Positions 1 to 9,447 of a DNA stretch of 64,000 nucleotides are shown in pieces. Each line of letters begins with the position of its first letter. Position 1 is the stretch's first letter. This DNA is from Clostridia bacterium. Its GTDB lineage: Bacteria; Bacillota; Clostridia; Oscillospirales; CAG-272. Location: positions 38,221-102,220 of the forward strand of contig JAFTXZ010000002.1 in assembly GCA_017461385.1 (NCBI GenBank), in the 5' to 3' direction. The translations under genes were made by a program, and so were the position numbers. A model generated the notes under the pieces. That model was not told where the DNA came from, made no database searches, and worked only from the letters and a program-made list of their open reading frames with translations.

Positions 1-767
1 AGTGCGATAAAAGCTCATTTATCAAAAATATCATTATGGACAACATTTTGCCAAGTGATATTTATGCAAAGAGTAAGGAGCTTCATTTCGATGGTAACGA
101 GCCAAGAGCTGTGTTGCTTGTGAGATTCTACACAAGAACAGAAATGTTGCCTTACGACATTATTCAAAATATGTTCCCTGACAAATCAAAGGATTTTGTA
201 ATAAGCACAGGCGAGCAGGACATAGTAATTGTTAAGAGTCTTGATCAGGATGCAACTCCTGGTGACGTTGAGCAGATTGCTCAAAATATTGCTGATACTA
301 CAAGTGCAGAATTTTATTGCAAGGTAGGCATTGGTATTGGTACAATCGTGTCAAACGTTAAGGACCTTGCACGCTCCTACAAGGAGTCTCAAATTGCAAT
401 TGAGGTAGGTAAGGTATTTGAAAGCGAGAAGGAGGTTATCAGCTACGAAAACCTCGGTATTGGTCGTTTGATTTATCAGCTTCCAACTACACTTTGCGAA
501 ATGTTCCTTTCCGAGGTGTTTAAGCATGGTAGCCTAGATACACTTGACAAGGAAACGCTTCAAACGATTCAGGTATTCTTTGACAACAACCTAAACGTAT
601 CAGAAACCTCAAGAAAGCTATTTGTACACAGAAATACACTTGTGTACAGACTTGAAAAAATCAGAAAGCTAACAGGCCTAGATTTGCGTCAATTTGACCA
701 CGCAATCACCTTCAAGGTTGCATTGATGGTTAAGCGTTATCTAACATCTAAGCCAATTAAATATTAA
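1..767 (+). CDS. CdaR/PucR-family transcriptional regulator, 5' truncated by window edge
   Basis: Frame open from the window start; C-terminal PucR-type HTH NLNVSETSRKLFVHRNTLVYRLEKIRKLTGLD and GGDEF-like segment VGIGIGTIVSNVKDLARSYKES. Confidence 0.88.
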   Translation, partial: CDKSSFIKNIIMDNILPSDIYAKSKELHFDGNEPRAVLLVRFYTRTEMLPYDIIQNMFPDKSKDFVISTGEQDIVIVKSLDQDATPGDVEQIAQNIADTTSAEFYCKVGIGIGTIVSNVKDLARSYKESQIAIEVGKVFESEKEVISYENLGIGRLIYQLPTTLCEMFLSEVFKHGSLDTLDKETLQTIQVFFDNNLNVSETSRKLFVHRNTLVYRLEKIRKLTGLDLRQFDHAITFKVALMVKRYLTSKPIKY

Positions 768-811
768 TCTGACCTCTTTGCTTTAGCTGAAATTTTAATA
801 AGAGGATAAAA

Positions 812-2113
812 ATGGATAAGCAAATTAGCATAAAGCACGCAATCATAGCAGTTGTATTGGCTGTGGTTGTTGCAATTGGCGGTACTGCAAGCGTTATGGG
901 CATTGCAAACAATCTTATAATTGCCCAGCTGAATAATTCCTATAATAATAAGCTTGAGGGCGCAATGGAGGGTGCCGAGGTGTTCTCCAGCATAGTGGAT
1001 ATGTATGCTTCACTTCCCGAGGAGCAAAGGAATTATGAAATGTACCTTAAGCTTGCTCAGCTTGATTTGTATTATCGTACCTACTACGTAAGGGGCGATG
1101 ATATTTCAAATGCTGACCTTACCTATATGGTAGCAAACGGCTATATTGCAGGCGTGGGAGATGCCCACGGTGAATATTATACAAGAGATGGCTTTTCTGC
1201 ATTGATTGGTGATGCAGAGGGTAACTCCGTAGGAATTGGCGTTTATGTAAGCATGGACGTGGAAACACAATGTGTTAAAATTTTAACTGTAATGAAGGAT
1301 TCTCCTGCTCAAACAGCAGGAATTAAAACGGGCGATATTGTTGTGGGAATTGACGGCGCAAGCGTTAAGGAAATCGGCTATTACGAGGCACTTAATCGCG
1401 TAGCTGGCAAGGAGGGAACTACTGTTGAGCTCAAAATTTTGCGCGACGGTGAGGAAATTACCCTTGTTGCTACAAGAGCAAAATTTGAAACTGAAACGGT
1501 TTACTACCATAAATACGCGCTTAACGAGAGTATTGGAGTAATTCGTATTTTGGAGTTCAATAATACAATGCCTGCTCAATTCAAGAATGCAGTATCAAGT
1601 CTTTTGGCAGATGGCTGTACCTCCTTGGTTTTCGATATGAGAAGTAATGGTGGCGGAACACTTGATTCTGCTGTTGATGTGCTTGATTATCTATTGCCAG
1701 AGGGCGATATAGTTTATACAACTGATAAGGACGGAAACGTTTTACAGACTCATAGGTCCAAGGCTGGCTCAATTGACGTACCAATGGCAGTTTTGACAGA
1801 TGGCTACACGGCAAGCGCTGCGGAGCTATTCACCTGTGCGCTTCGTGATTACGAAAAGGCAATCGTTGTTGGAACAACCACCTATGGCAAGGGCTCTATG
1901 CAAAGCGTTGTAATGCTAGAGGACGGATCGGGCTTGCGTATGACCACAAATCTTTACAACCCACCAAAGTCACCTAACTATGACGGTGTGGGAATTACAC
2001 CAGATATCGAGGTTGAGCTTGATAGCTCTCTTGAAAATAAAAATTATTTTGAAATTACTGATGCAGAGGATAATCAGCTGGAAAGAGCTTGCTCAGCATT
2101 GGCAAACAACTAA
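812..2113 (+). CDS. ctpA: S41 family carboxyl-terminal protease (PDZ + peptidase), N-terminal membrane anchor
   Basis: GIGV PDZ start, DMRSNGGG, TASAAE catalytic Ser motif, GTTTYGKG, GITPDIEV. Confidence 0.9.
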   Translation: MDKQISIKHAIIAVVLAVVVAIGGTASVMGIANNLIIAQLNNSYNNKLEGAMEGAEVFSSIVDMYASLPEEQRNYEMYLKLAQLDLYYRTYYVRGDDISNADLTYMVANGYIAGVGDAHGEYYTRDGFSALIGDAEGNSVGIGVYVSMDVETQCVKILTVMKDSPAQTAGIKTGDIVVGIDGASVKEIGYYEALNRVAGKEGTTVELKILRDGEEITLVATRAKFETETVYYHKYALNESIGVIRILEFNNTMPAQFKNAVSSLLADGCTSLVFDMRSNGGGTLDSAVDVLDYLLPEGDIVYTTDKDGNVLQTHRSKAGSIDVPMAVLTDGYTASAAELFTCALRDYEKAIVVGTTTYGKGSMQSVVMLEDGSGLRMTTNLYNPPKSPNYDGVGITPDIEVELDSSLENKNYFEITDAEDNQLERACSALANN

Positions 2114-2135
2114 CGAAAGGCTAAGGGAAAAACAA

Positions 2136-2618
2136 ATGGCAGAGAAAAAGACAAAATATACACAAGAGGGCTTTCAAAAGTTAATTGACGAGCTCGACTA
2201 TCTAAAAACTATAAGACGTGCTGAAATCAAGGAAATGCTTAAGACAGCAAGAGATTTCGGCGACCTTTCAGAAAACAGTGAGTACGATGAGGCAAGAGAC
2301 CAGCAGGCTAAGGTTGAAGCTCGTATTCTTGAGCTTGAGGCAATGATTAAGAATGGTGAGGTTATCTCCATTGAGGAGGGCGCAGCTAACCATATCAATA
2401 TCGGTTGCACAGTTGTAGTTAAGTTCAGCGATGGTAAGGAGGTTACCTATCATCTAGTTGGCTCTAACGAGGTTGACCCACTAAATAAAAAGATTTCTGA
2501 TCACTCACCAATCGGTGCAGCGCTTGTAGGTAAGGTTGCGGGTGACACAGCTATCTTCTCAACCCCTGCAGGCGATAAGGAATTAACAATCGTATCCTTC
2601 GAAAAGACTAAGAAATAA
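2136..2618 (+). CDS. greA: Transcription elongation factor GreA
   Basis: ARDFGDLSENSEYDEAR and ISDHSPIGAALVGK motifs; start moved to ATG 2136 (MAEKKTKY) after a purine-rich RBS. Confidence 0.96.
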   Translation: MAEKKTKYTQEGFQKLIDELDYLKTIRRAEIKEMLKTARDFGDLSENSEYDEARDQQAKVEARILELEAMIKNGEVISIEEGAANHINIGCTVVVKFSDGKEVTYHLVGSNEVDPLNKKISDHSPIGAALVGKVAGDTAIFSTPAGDKELTIVSFEKTKK

Positions 2619-2634
2619 AAAGGAACTAAATAAA

Positions 2635-4158
2635 ATGGCAGATATGACAAACAACGAGGCTCCAATCACTGAGGAGGAGCTTAGTGAACAAAGACAGATA
2701 AGAAGAGAAAAGCTAAAGGCTCTTGTTGAGGAGGGAAAGAACCCCTTTGAAATCACAAAGTTTGACGTAACTCATACAAGCAAGGGCGCAATTGAGCTTT
2801 TTGTAAGTCGTGAGCAGACTCTTGCTGAGGGCGAGGAAATTCCTGTAAGAGTTGCAGGCAGAATGATGTCAAAGAGAATTATGGGTAAGGCTTCCTTTGC
2901 TAACCTTCTTGATGAGGAGGGCAGAGTTCAGCTTTACGTTTCAAGAAATGATATCGGCGAGGAGGATTATGCATCCTTTAAGAAATGGGACATTGGTGAT
3001 ATTATCGGTGTTTCTGGCGCACTCTTTAGAACAAGAACAGGTGAAATTTCTATTCACGTAAAAGAAATTACACTTCTTGCAAAATCCCTTTGCCCACTTC
3101 CGGAAAAGTATCACGGACTTACAAATCTTGAACAAAGATACAGACAAAGATACGTTGACCTAATCGTAAATCCAGAGGTTAAGGACACCTTCTACAAGCG
3201 CTCCCAAATCCTTAAGGAAATCAGAAACTATCTTGATGGTAAGGGCTTTTTAGAGGTTGACACACCAATCCTTGTTCCAATGGAAATTGGCGCCTCTGCA
3301 AGACCATTCAAGACCCACCACAATACTCTCGACCTTGATATGACACTTCGTATTGAGACTGAGCTATACCTAAAGAGACTTATCGTTGGTGGTATGCATA
3401 GAGTCTATGAGGTTGGTAGAATCTTTAGAAACGAGGGTATGGACACAAAGCATAACCCAGAATTTACAACAATCGAGCTTTATCAGGCGTTTGCTGACTA
3501 TAAGGATATGATGGACCTTGTAGAGGAAATGTACAAGATGCTTGCAGAAAAGGTTTGCGGTAGTCAGGTAATTACATACCAGGGCACCGAAATCAATATG
3601 GGTAAGTGGGAAAGACTTACCATGGCAGAGGCAGTAAAGAAGTACGCAGGCGTTGACTATAACGACTGGGCAGACGACGCACAGGCAAGAGAGGTTGCAA
3701 AGAAGCTCCACGTCGAGGTAGCTGAGGATGCAACTAAGGGCAGAGTGCTTATCGAAATATTTGATGCTTACGTTGAGGAAAAGCTAATTCAACCTACGTT
3801 CATTTACGATTATCCAGTTGAAAATAGCCCACTTGCAAAGAGAAAGCCAGAGAATCCGGCTTTCACAGAAAGATTCGAGTACTTTATCAATGCAACAGAA
3901 TACGGAAACGCATTCAGCGAGCTAAACGACCCAATTGACCAAAAGGAACGCTTTGAAAAGCAGGTAGCAGAGAAGCTCAAGGAAGAGCCGGATTCAAAGG
4001 CAGAGGTAGACTACGACTACGTTAACGCCCTCGAATACGGTATGCCCCCAACAGGAGGCCTCGGCTTTGGCATCGACCGTCTCGTAATGCTCCTTACCGA
4101 TAGCGCATCCATAAGGGACGTGCTCCTGTTCCCAACCATGCGCCCAGAGATAAAATAA
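2635..4158 (+). CDS. lysS: Lysine--tRNA ligase (class II)
   Basis: OB fold RVAGRMMSKRIMGKASF, motif 2 FRNEGMDTKHNPEFT, motif 3 GMPPTGGLGFGIDRLVMLL. Confidence 0.98.
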   Translation: MADMTNNEAPITEEELSEQRQIRREKLKALVEEGKNPFEITKFDVTHTSKGAIELFVSREQTLAEGEEIPVRVAGRMMSKRIMGKASFANLLDEEGRVQLYVSRNDIGEEDYASFKKWDIGDIIGVSGALFRTRTGEISIHVKEITLLAKSLCPLPEKYHGLTNLEQRYRQRYVDLIVNPEVKDTFYKRSQILKEIRNYLDGKGFLEVDTPILVPMEIGASARPFKTHHNTLDLDMTLRIETELYLKRLIVGGMHRVYEVGRIFRNEGMDTKHNPEFTTIELYQAFADYKDMMDLVEEMYKMLAEKVCGSQVITYQGTEINMGKWERLTMAEAVKKYAGVDYNDWADDAQAREVAKKLHVEVAEDATKGRVLIEIFDAYVEEKLIQPTFIYDYPVENSPLAKRKPENPAFTERFEYFINATEYGNAFSELNDPIDQKERFEKQVAEKLKEEPDSKAEVDYDYVNALEYGMPPTGGLGFGIDRLVMLLTDSASIRDVLLFPTMRPEIK

Positions 4159-4160
4159 CA

Positions 4161-4190
4161 AAAAAAGCCGACCCAGTGTCGGCTTTTTCT
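4161..4190 (+). terminator. Intrinsic terminator after lysS
   Basis: AAAAAAGCCGAC-CCAGT-GTCGGCTTTTT hairpin with T tract. Confidence 0.85.
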
Positions 4191-4197
4191 ACGTCAT

Positions 4198-4404
4198 GCC
4201 ACAAAGGTTTTGATTGAGCAAAAAAGCATAGACAAGGATTTGTCAAAGGCAATAAGACAGTCGGACGGCTCTTTGTTGACACCATTTCAACAAGCAAAAA
4301 AGTACATTGTTGATTTGCCATTATCAAAGCACCCAAGATATGTAATCACTTGCAATTTCAAAGAATTTTACATATATGATATTTTCCGTTTGTGTACGGA
4401 GTAA
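4198..4404 (+). pseudogene. Fragment of an MmeI-like type IIL restriction-modification enzyme (N-terminal nuclease region)
   Basis: ATKVLIEQKSIDKDLSKAIRQSDGSLLTPFQQAKKY...PRYVITCNFKEFYIYD resembles, from recall, the N-terminus of Bacillota MmeI-family proteins; no RBS or proper start, ends after about 65 codons. Confidence 0.65.
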
Positions 4405-4606
4405 CATCAACACTGCTATTTGCAACTAACCGTGCAGTATAATAGCTGGGCTTTTGAGTGTCGGTGGGTTTTGAGGTGTCAATCACGCTTTCTTCCGTGC
4501 TACCTGTGTCCATTGTGCCTTCGTTGATATTAACACAACTAAAAAGACATAAGCACAAGGCTAATGCTATTATCGAAACGAAAAACCCTTTAAGACCGAA
4601 TTTCAT
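4358..4606 (-). pseudogene. Lipoprotein N-terminus, probably truncated
   Basis: Good RBS (AAGGGGGAAG), signal peptide with lipobox LFSC, Thr/Ser-rich linker, then runs into the MmeI fragment and stops at 82 aa. Confidence 0.5.
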
Positions 4607-4667
4607 ACGGCTTCCCCCTTTTTTTACTTCCTTATCTAATTTTAGTTCACGTTCAACTCAATAAATA

Positions 4668-4694
4668 AAAAATCCCGATTGAATCGGGATTTTT
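4668..4694 (-). terminator. Intrinsic terminator of the 4711-6138 gene
   Basis: AAAAATCCCGATT-G-AATCGGGATTTTT inverted repeat. Confidence 0.8.
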
Positions 4695-4710
4695 GTTATT
4701 ATGTGCGAAA

Positions 4711-6138
4711 TTAAGCCATCAAGCTATTGTATGACTCATAGGTGTAAAGACTGCCTTCCGTGGGCTTTGTCGGTTGTAGATAAGTAACCTTATCGTTGTC
4801 TATTACGTATCCACCGAGAGCAAGCTGTACGCCTCTGAGCTCATCAGATTCAAAGCCTGTTACTTTGATTGCAAAAATATCATAGTCATGCTTAGAAAAA
4901 TCTACGCTTGCAACCTTATTTGCAGATGTGCCGTCTGGATTTATGATTTCCTTATCAATCTTTTCCTCGCCAACTGTTTCCTGTGCGTTTTGCTTAGCTA
5001 CTGCAAATACACCATAGATTAGCTTTTCGCCTGTTGCTGTCTCGTAGTCAAGGATAGCGTCGTGGTCTACAAGGAAGCTAATAGAAACACCTCCGTCTGC
5101 GTATTCCTGCAGAGAGTAACCAAGGCACTTGAACAGAGGATTAAGGGTTACCTCCTCGTAGCATTCACAATTTACGCAACCGCTTCTCATATATCCGTTT
5201 TCTGTATAGCCATTTTCGTATTTTGCAATGGTTTGGTTATTGTGGGAGTCCTTTGCCTCTTGAAGAAGGGTCGAGCATCTTTGACATAGCAAGGCGGTTG
5301 TGCAGTCACCGTCGTCATCGCCTGCGTGACTACCCTCATAGTATGCATCACAATGGTTTACGTATGTAATATTGCTTGGCTGATAGGTCCAAGTAGCGTG
5401 GTCGCTTGCAGTACCTGTAAATTGAACGGTATGAGATGACCAGTTGGATACCTCATAGGTGGTTACGGATTTCGGAACTACAAGTGTAAGATTCAAGCTA
5501 ACGAAGGCATTAGCTTGAATTGTTTTAAGATTTTCAGGCAATTTGATATAGGTAAGCTTTCGACAGTTATAAAAGCCAGTTGCGTAAAGCGTTTCAATTT
5601 TTGAACCTGCCTCGAAATCAATTCCTACCAGGTTACCACAGTTATAAAACAAGCTTTGGTAAGAATTTCCACTTGGTTTGATGAGTCCTAAAACACTTGC
5701 CGGAATATACAAGTAACAAATCGGTGAGCCTTGAAATACAAAATCGAAATATTCAGGTCCATTGCCGTCTTTGTGAGTAAGTCCCTCAAGATTGGTAGCG
5801 ATAATGTTACCAAATTGGTTTGGACCTGCCATTAATCCTGGGTAGGAGTAGCAAATTCTGTAACTGTCGTTTACGTATGCTGCATCCTTTGTTTTAACAC
5901 TTACTATGTAGTAGGTTGTGCTTCCGTCAACGTACTCAAAATAGGTGCCCTCACTTGGCTTTTCGGTTACACGATACCAGGTGAGTGCCTCACCCTCGCC
6001 GTCTGTGGTGGGCAATACAATTGAATTGCCGCCTGCGTCATTGATTTTAATATCTACGTCCTTGGCAGATACAACGACGGTCAACATCATAACGCAAAGA
6101 ACCGACATTAAAAGAATGAAAAATAATTTTCTTTTCAT
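4711..6138 (-). CDS. Secreted BspA-type LRR protein with Cys/His cluster and conserved C-terminal domain
   Basis: Start reassigned to MKRKLFF (RBS GAGG); signal peptide; LRR_5-like repeat FYNCRKLTYIKLPENLKTIQANAF; C-terminus paralogous to 9448-12330. Confidence 0.8.
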   Translation of the reverse strand: MKRKLFFILLMSVLCVMMLTVVVSAKDVDIKINDAGGNSIVLPTTDGEGEALTWYRVTEKPSEGTYFEYVDGSTTYYIVSVKTKDAAYVNDSYRICYSYPGLMAGPNQFGNIIATNLEGLTHKDGNGPEYFDFVFQGSPICYLYIPASVLGLIKPSGNSYQSLFYNCGNLVGIDFEAGSKIETLYATGFYNCRKLTYIKLPENLKTIQANAFVSLNLTLVVPKSVTTYEVSNWSSHTVQFTGTASDHATWTYQPSNITYVNHCDAYYEGSHAGDDDGDCTTALLCQRCSTLLQEAKDSHNNQTIAKYENGYTENGYMRSGCVNCECYEEVTLNPLFKCLGYSLQEYADGGVSISFLVDHDAILDYETATGEKLIYGVFAVAKQNAQETVGEEKIDKEIINPDGTSANKVASVDFSKHDYDIFAIKVTGFESDELRGVQLALGGYVIDNDKVTYLQPTKPTEGSLYTYESYNSLMA

Positions 6139-6215
6139 TGTAAATTCCTCTCTTGTGAAAAATTTGTTGAATTGTTTTCTATGATATGCTAAAATGATAC
6201 TAAGGTGGTGATAAT

Positions 6216-7031
6216 ATGAGCTTAATGTCAAGGCTTGAGGAAAAGAATAAAAGAGTCCATTACATAAGCTACGACAGTAGCTTGCCTATTTGTGTTATGG
6301 AAATTGGTTGGGAAATTACTAAGCCTAACCATACCTGGACACCCAACGGACGGCCAAGGTATCTTATTCATATGATTAAAAGGGGTAAAATAACCGTAAC
6401 CCGTGCAAATGGTGAAATTACGCACCTTAGCAAGGGGGATTCCTTTATAAACGCACCCGATGAAGCAAGCACAATGAGGTCGGACTCAGAGGAGGGCTGT
6501 GAATACTATTGGCTTGGCTTTAACGGTAGCCATGCTAAGCCATTTTTGGAAAAAACCACTAAAAGCTTATATCCCAAATATAAGGAAAGCGGTATAGTGA
6601 CTGTTAGTGAGCTTCTTGAAAGCGCAGTTGTCGACCCAATCGGCACCCTTTGTGCTCTTTTTAAGGTTTTTAACGCAATTAAGGACGAATCTCCCTCGGA
6701 GGAAAACGACTTCGTCAATAAGGCGATTTTATACATTGAAAGCAACTATCACAAGAGCTTCAACGTAGAAAAATATGCAAAAAGCATAGGCGTTTCCCGC
6801 TCCTACTTCACTACGTCGTTTACTGAAAAAACGGGTATGTCTCCCTATAGCTTCCTTATCAACGAGCGAATTGAAAATGCGAAAAAGTATCTTTCAAAAA
6901 GCGACCTTACAATTACACAAATTGCAACGAAGGTGGGCTTTAGCTCAATTGATAGATTCAGTAGTGTTTTTAAGGAAAAAACAGGTATGTCTCCTAAAAA
7001 ATATAGAATCTCCATTAAAATTTTACCATAA
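6216..7031 (+). CDS. AraC-family transcriptional regulator (possibly controls melA)
   Basis: N-terminal cupin-like domain (EYYWLGFNG) and double HTH SDLTITQIATKVGFSSIDRFSSVFKEKTGMSPKKYR. Confidence 0.92.
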   Translation: MSLMSRLEEKNKRVHYISYDSSLPICVMEIGWEITKPNHTWTPNGRPRYLIHMIKRGKITVTRANGEITHLSKGDSFINAPDEASTMRSDSEEGCEYYWLGFNGSHAKPFLEKTTKSLYPKYKESGIVTVSELLESAVVDPIGTLCALFKVFNAIKDESPSEENDFVNKAILYIESNYHKSFNVEKYAKSIGVSRSYFTTSFTEKTGMSPYSFLINERIENAKKYLSKSDLTITQIATKVGFSSIDRFSSVFKEKTGMSPKKYRISIKILP

Positions 7032-7138
7032 ACTATTTCATTTATCAATGCTATATTGTTTTGAAAATTTGATGAATTGTTCTGTGCAAAAATATTGTGC
7101 AATATTGACAAAAAAACGATCTATTTCTTTGTGCGTGA

Positions 7139-7173
7139 ATGTTGTTGACTTTTTCACATATCTGTTGTAATAT
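7139..7173 (+). promoter_or_regulatory. Sigma-A promoter, duplicate of 9380-9414, with no downstream ORF
   Basis: TTGACT(7145)-17 bp-TAATAT(7168); 34/35 nt identical to 9380-9414. Confidence 0.65.
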
Positions 7174-7300
7174 GAAAACAGGACAACTAACCATTTGACA
7201 TCGTGACTTGTTCTTGTATAAACAAGAAATATTCTTTGCACATGGAATGCATCTTGGTATAAAGATAATGCTTGATGCACTGACTAATAACTAATATCTC

Positions 7301-7333
7301 AAAGCCACTTGAAAAATAGTGGCTTTAGTTTTT
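7301..7333 (+). terminator. Intrinsic terminator upstream of the melA promoter
   Basis: AAAGCCACT...AGTGGCTTT stem followed by a T-rich tract. Confidence 0.6.
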
Positions 7334-7357
7334 GCTTTGAAATTTATGAAATTGCAC

Positions 7358-7386
7358 TTGACATTTATGTTATTTTATGATAACGT
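7358..7386 (+). promoter_or_regulatory. Putative melA promoter
   Basis: TTGACA-17 bp-TAACGT with TG extension. Confidence 0.5.
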
Positions 7387-7450
7387 AAAATGGTAATCTG
7401 CTCAAAAAGCTAAAGAGCAGGAAAATCTAATAAACAGAGGAGATTTAAAT

Positions 7451-8770
7451 ATGAAGGTAACATTTATGGGTGCAGGTAGCACCGTGTTTTCAAAAAATGT
7501 TTTAGGCGACACAATGCTATGTGATGCGTTCCACGATGTAGAAATTGCGCTTTACGATATAGACGAAAAAAGACTTGAGGAGTCTTATCTTCTCATATCC
7601 AAAATGAATGAGTCTGTAAACGAGGGACGGGCAACAATCAAAAAGTATTTAGGCGTTGGCGAAAGAAAGGATGCATTAAGAAAAGCAGATTTTGTAATAA
7701 ACGCAATTCAAGTAGGACTTTACGACCCTTGCACAATTATAGACTTTGAAATTCCAAAAAAGTATGGACTGCGCCAAACAATAGGAGATACTCTTGGCAT
7801 AGGTGGCATTTTCCGCGCTCTTCGTACCATTCACGTGCTTAAGGACTTTGCAAAGGATATTGAAGAAGTTTGCCCAAATGCGTGGCTCTTGAACTACACA
7901 AACCCAATGGCTATGCTCACAGGCTATATGCTAAGATATACTAAGGTAAAGACCGTTGGACTTTGTCATAGTGTACAGGTTTGCTCTGAAGGCTTGCTTA
8001 AGGGCTTGAATATGAGCGACAAATTGGAGGGCAGGCACGAGAAAATAGCAGGTATTAACCATATGGCTTGGCTTCTTGAAATTAAGGACAAGGACGGAAA
8101 TGACCTATATCCTGAAATTAAAAAGCGTGCAAAAGAGAAGAATGCAAAAGAAAAGCACGGAGATATGGTGCGTTATGACTATATTGAAAAGCTTGGTTAT
8201 TATTGCACAGAATCCAGTGAGCATAATGCAGAATATAACCCATTTTACATAAAGCCAAACAGAAACGATTTAATAGAAAAATTCAACATTCCTCTTGATG
8301 AATACCCCCGTCGCTGTATAAATCAGATAGAGGGCTGGCAAAAGCAATACAATGAGCTAATGTCAGGAGGAAAAATTGAGCATACTCGCTCAAAGGAGTA
8401 CGCATCACATATTATGGAGGCAATTTATACAAATAAGCCATACAAAATTGGTGGTAATGTTATAAATAACGGAGTTATTACAAACCTACCGTATAATGCT
8501 TGCGTTGAGGTACCTTGCCTTGTTGACGGAGAGGGAATACATCCTACCTTTGTCGGAGAGCTTCCTCTCCAGCTTGCTGCCATGAATTCATCAAACATTT
8601 ATGCTCAAATGCTTACAATTGAGGCGGCTCATACAATGGATAAGCAAAAGATTTATCAAGCCGCAATGATGGACCCCCACACAGGAGCAGAGCTTTCAAC
8701 TGATGAAATCGTAGCTCTTTGCGATGAGCTTTTTGAAGCGCACGAAAAAGCAGGATACCCAATATTCTGA
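7451..8770 (+). CDS. melA: Alpha-galactosidase, glycoside hydrolase family 4
   Basis: GAGSTVF NAD motif, QTIGDTLGIGGIFRALRT, LNYTNPM, GLCHSVQ, GINHMAW, TESSEHNAEY. Confidence 0.93.
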   Translation: MKVTFMGAGSTVFSKNVLGDTMLCDAFHDVEIALYDIDEKRLEESYLLISKMNESVNEGRATIKKYLGVGERKDALRKADFVINAIQVGLYDPCTIIDFEIPKKYGLRQTIGDTLGIGGIFRALRTIHVLKDFAKDIEEVCPNAWLLNYTNPMAMLTGYMLRYTKVKTVGLCHSVQVCSEGLLKGLNMSDKLEGRHEKIAGINHMAWLLEIKDKDGNDLYPEIKKRAKEKNAKEKHGDMVRYDYIEKLGYYCTESSEHNAEYNPFYIKPNRNDLIEKFNIPLDEYPRRCINQIEGWQKQYNELMSGGKIEHTRSKEYASHIMEAIYTNKPYKIGGNVINNGVITNLPYNACVEVPCLVDGEGIHPTFVGELPLQLAAMNSSNIYAQMLTIEAAHTMDKQKIYQAAMMDPHTGAELSTDEIVALCDELFEAHEKAGYPIF

Positions 8771-8876
8771 TAATAGATATAATTGAAATCTTAATATCTC
8801 TTGTCTCATTTCTATTGCAAAATCCAAGGGGTTGTGCTACAATTACCTTGTAAATCCCCTTACAAAGGAGTAAAAA

Positions 8877-9260
8877 ATGAAAATTAGAACGGATTTTGTA
8901 ACCAACTCAAGTAGTAGCAGCTTTGTAGCAATAACAATAATAACAAAGGACAACGAGGAGTTTTATGGTAAGCTTTCCCTTGAAAGTCCAAGAGAAGCAA
9001 TCGCCTCTGAATACACAGAAAAGGAAGTTGAAAAATATCTTGACGAGAAAATGAAAAGCGTTAAAAACGGACAGGATATTTGCAATTTACTTCTTTACCT
9101 AGTTGATACAGAGGTTCACGAAAGTGGAGACTATTATATTGAGCTTGATGATATTTTGGAAATCAAGTCGCTTGACGGTGTCGACAGAATTGATTTTGAG
9201 CTAGGCTATAGAGACTACTATGATGACGACCAAGTAAAGGGTACGTATAAACTGAGATAA
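8877..9260 (+). CDS. Small acidic protein with MKIRTDFVTNSSSSSF N-terminal motif
   Basis: RBS AAGGAG, own promoter (TTGCAA 8815-17 bp-TACAAT) and terminator; first 18 aa identical to 13527-15011. Confidence 0.85.
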   Translation: MKIRTDFVTNSSSSSFVAITIITKDNEEFYGKLSLESPREAIASEYTEKEVEKYLDEKMKSVKNGQDICNLLLYLVDTEVHESGDYYIELDDILEIKSLDGVDRIDFELGYRDYYDDDQVKGTYKLR

Positions 9261-9266
9261 CAAACG

Positions 9267-9298
9267 AAAAGGCTTGAGGAGGTTCCCCAAGCCTTTTT
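9267..9298 (+). terminator. Intrinsic terminator
   Basis: AAAAGGCTTGAGGA-GGT-TCCCCAAGCCTTTTT hairpin. Confidence 0.75.
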
Positions 9299-9379
9299 AT
9301 TTCGAGTTTTAATCTTGATTAGGTTGAAAGGTATTGTGCAAATCTAACAAAAATGAGCTATTTTTCTTCTTTTTTGTTG

Positions 9380-9414
9380 ATGTTGTTGACTTTTCCACAT
9401 ATCTGTTGTAATAT
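9380..9414 (+). promoter_or_regulatory. Sigma-A promoter of the LRR gene
   Basis: TTGACT(9386)-17 bp-TAATAT(9409), 33 nt upstream of the ATG. Confidence 0.7.
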
Positions 9415-9447
9415 TATGATGAATAAATATTATATAAGGAGAAAAAT

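Noticed and set aside
1980-2135. 52-aa N-terminal extension of GreA
   Set aside because: Overlaps ctpA; the true start is ATG 2136 with RBS and normal GreA length
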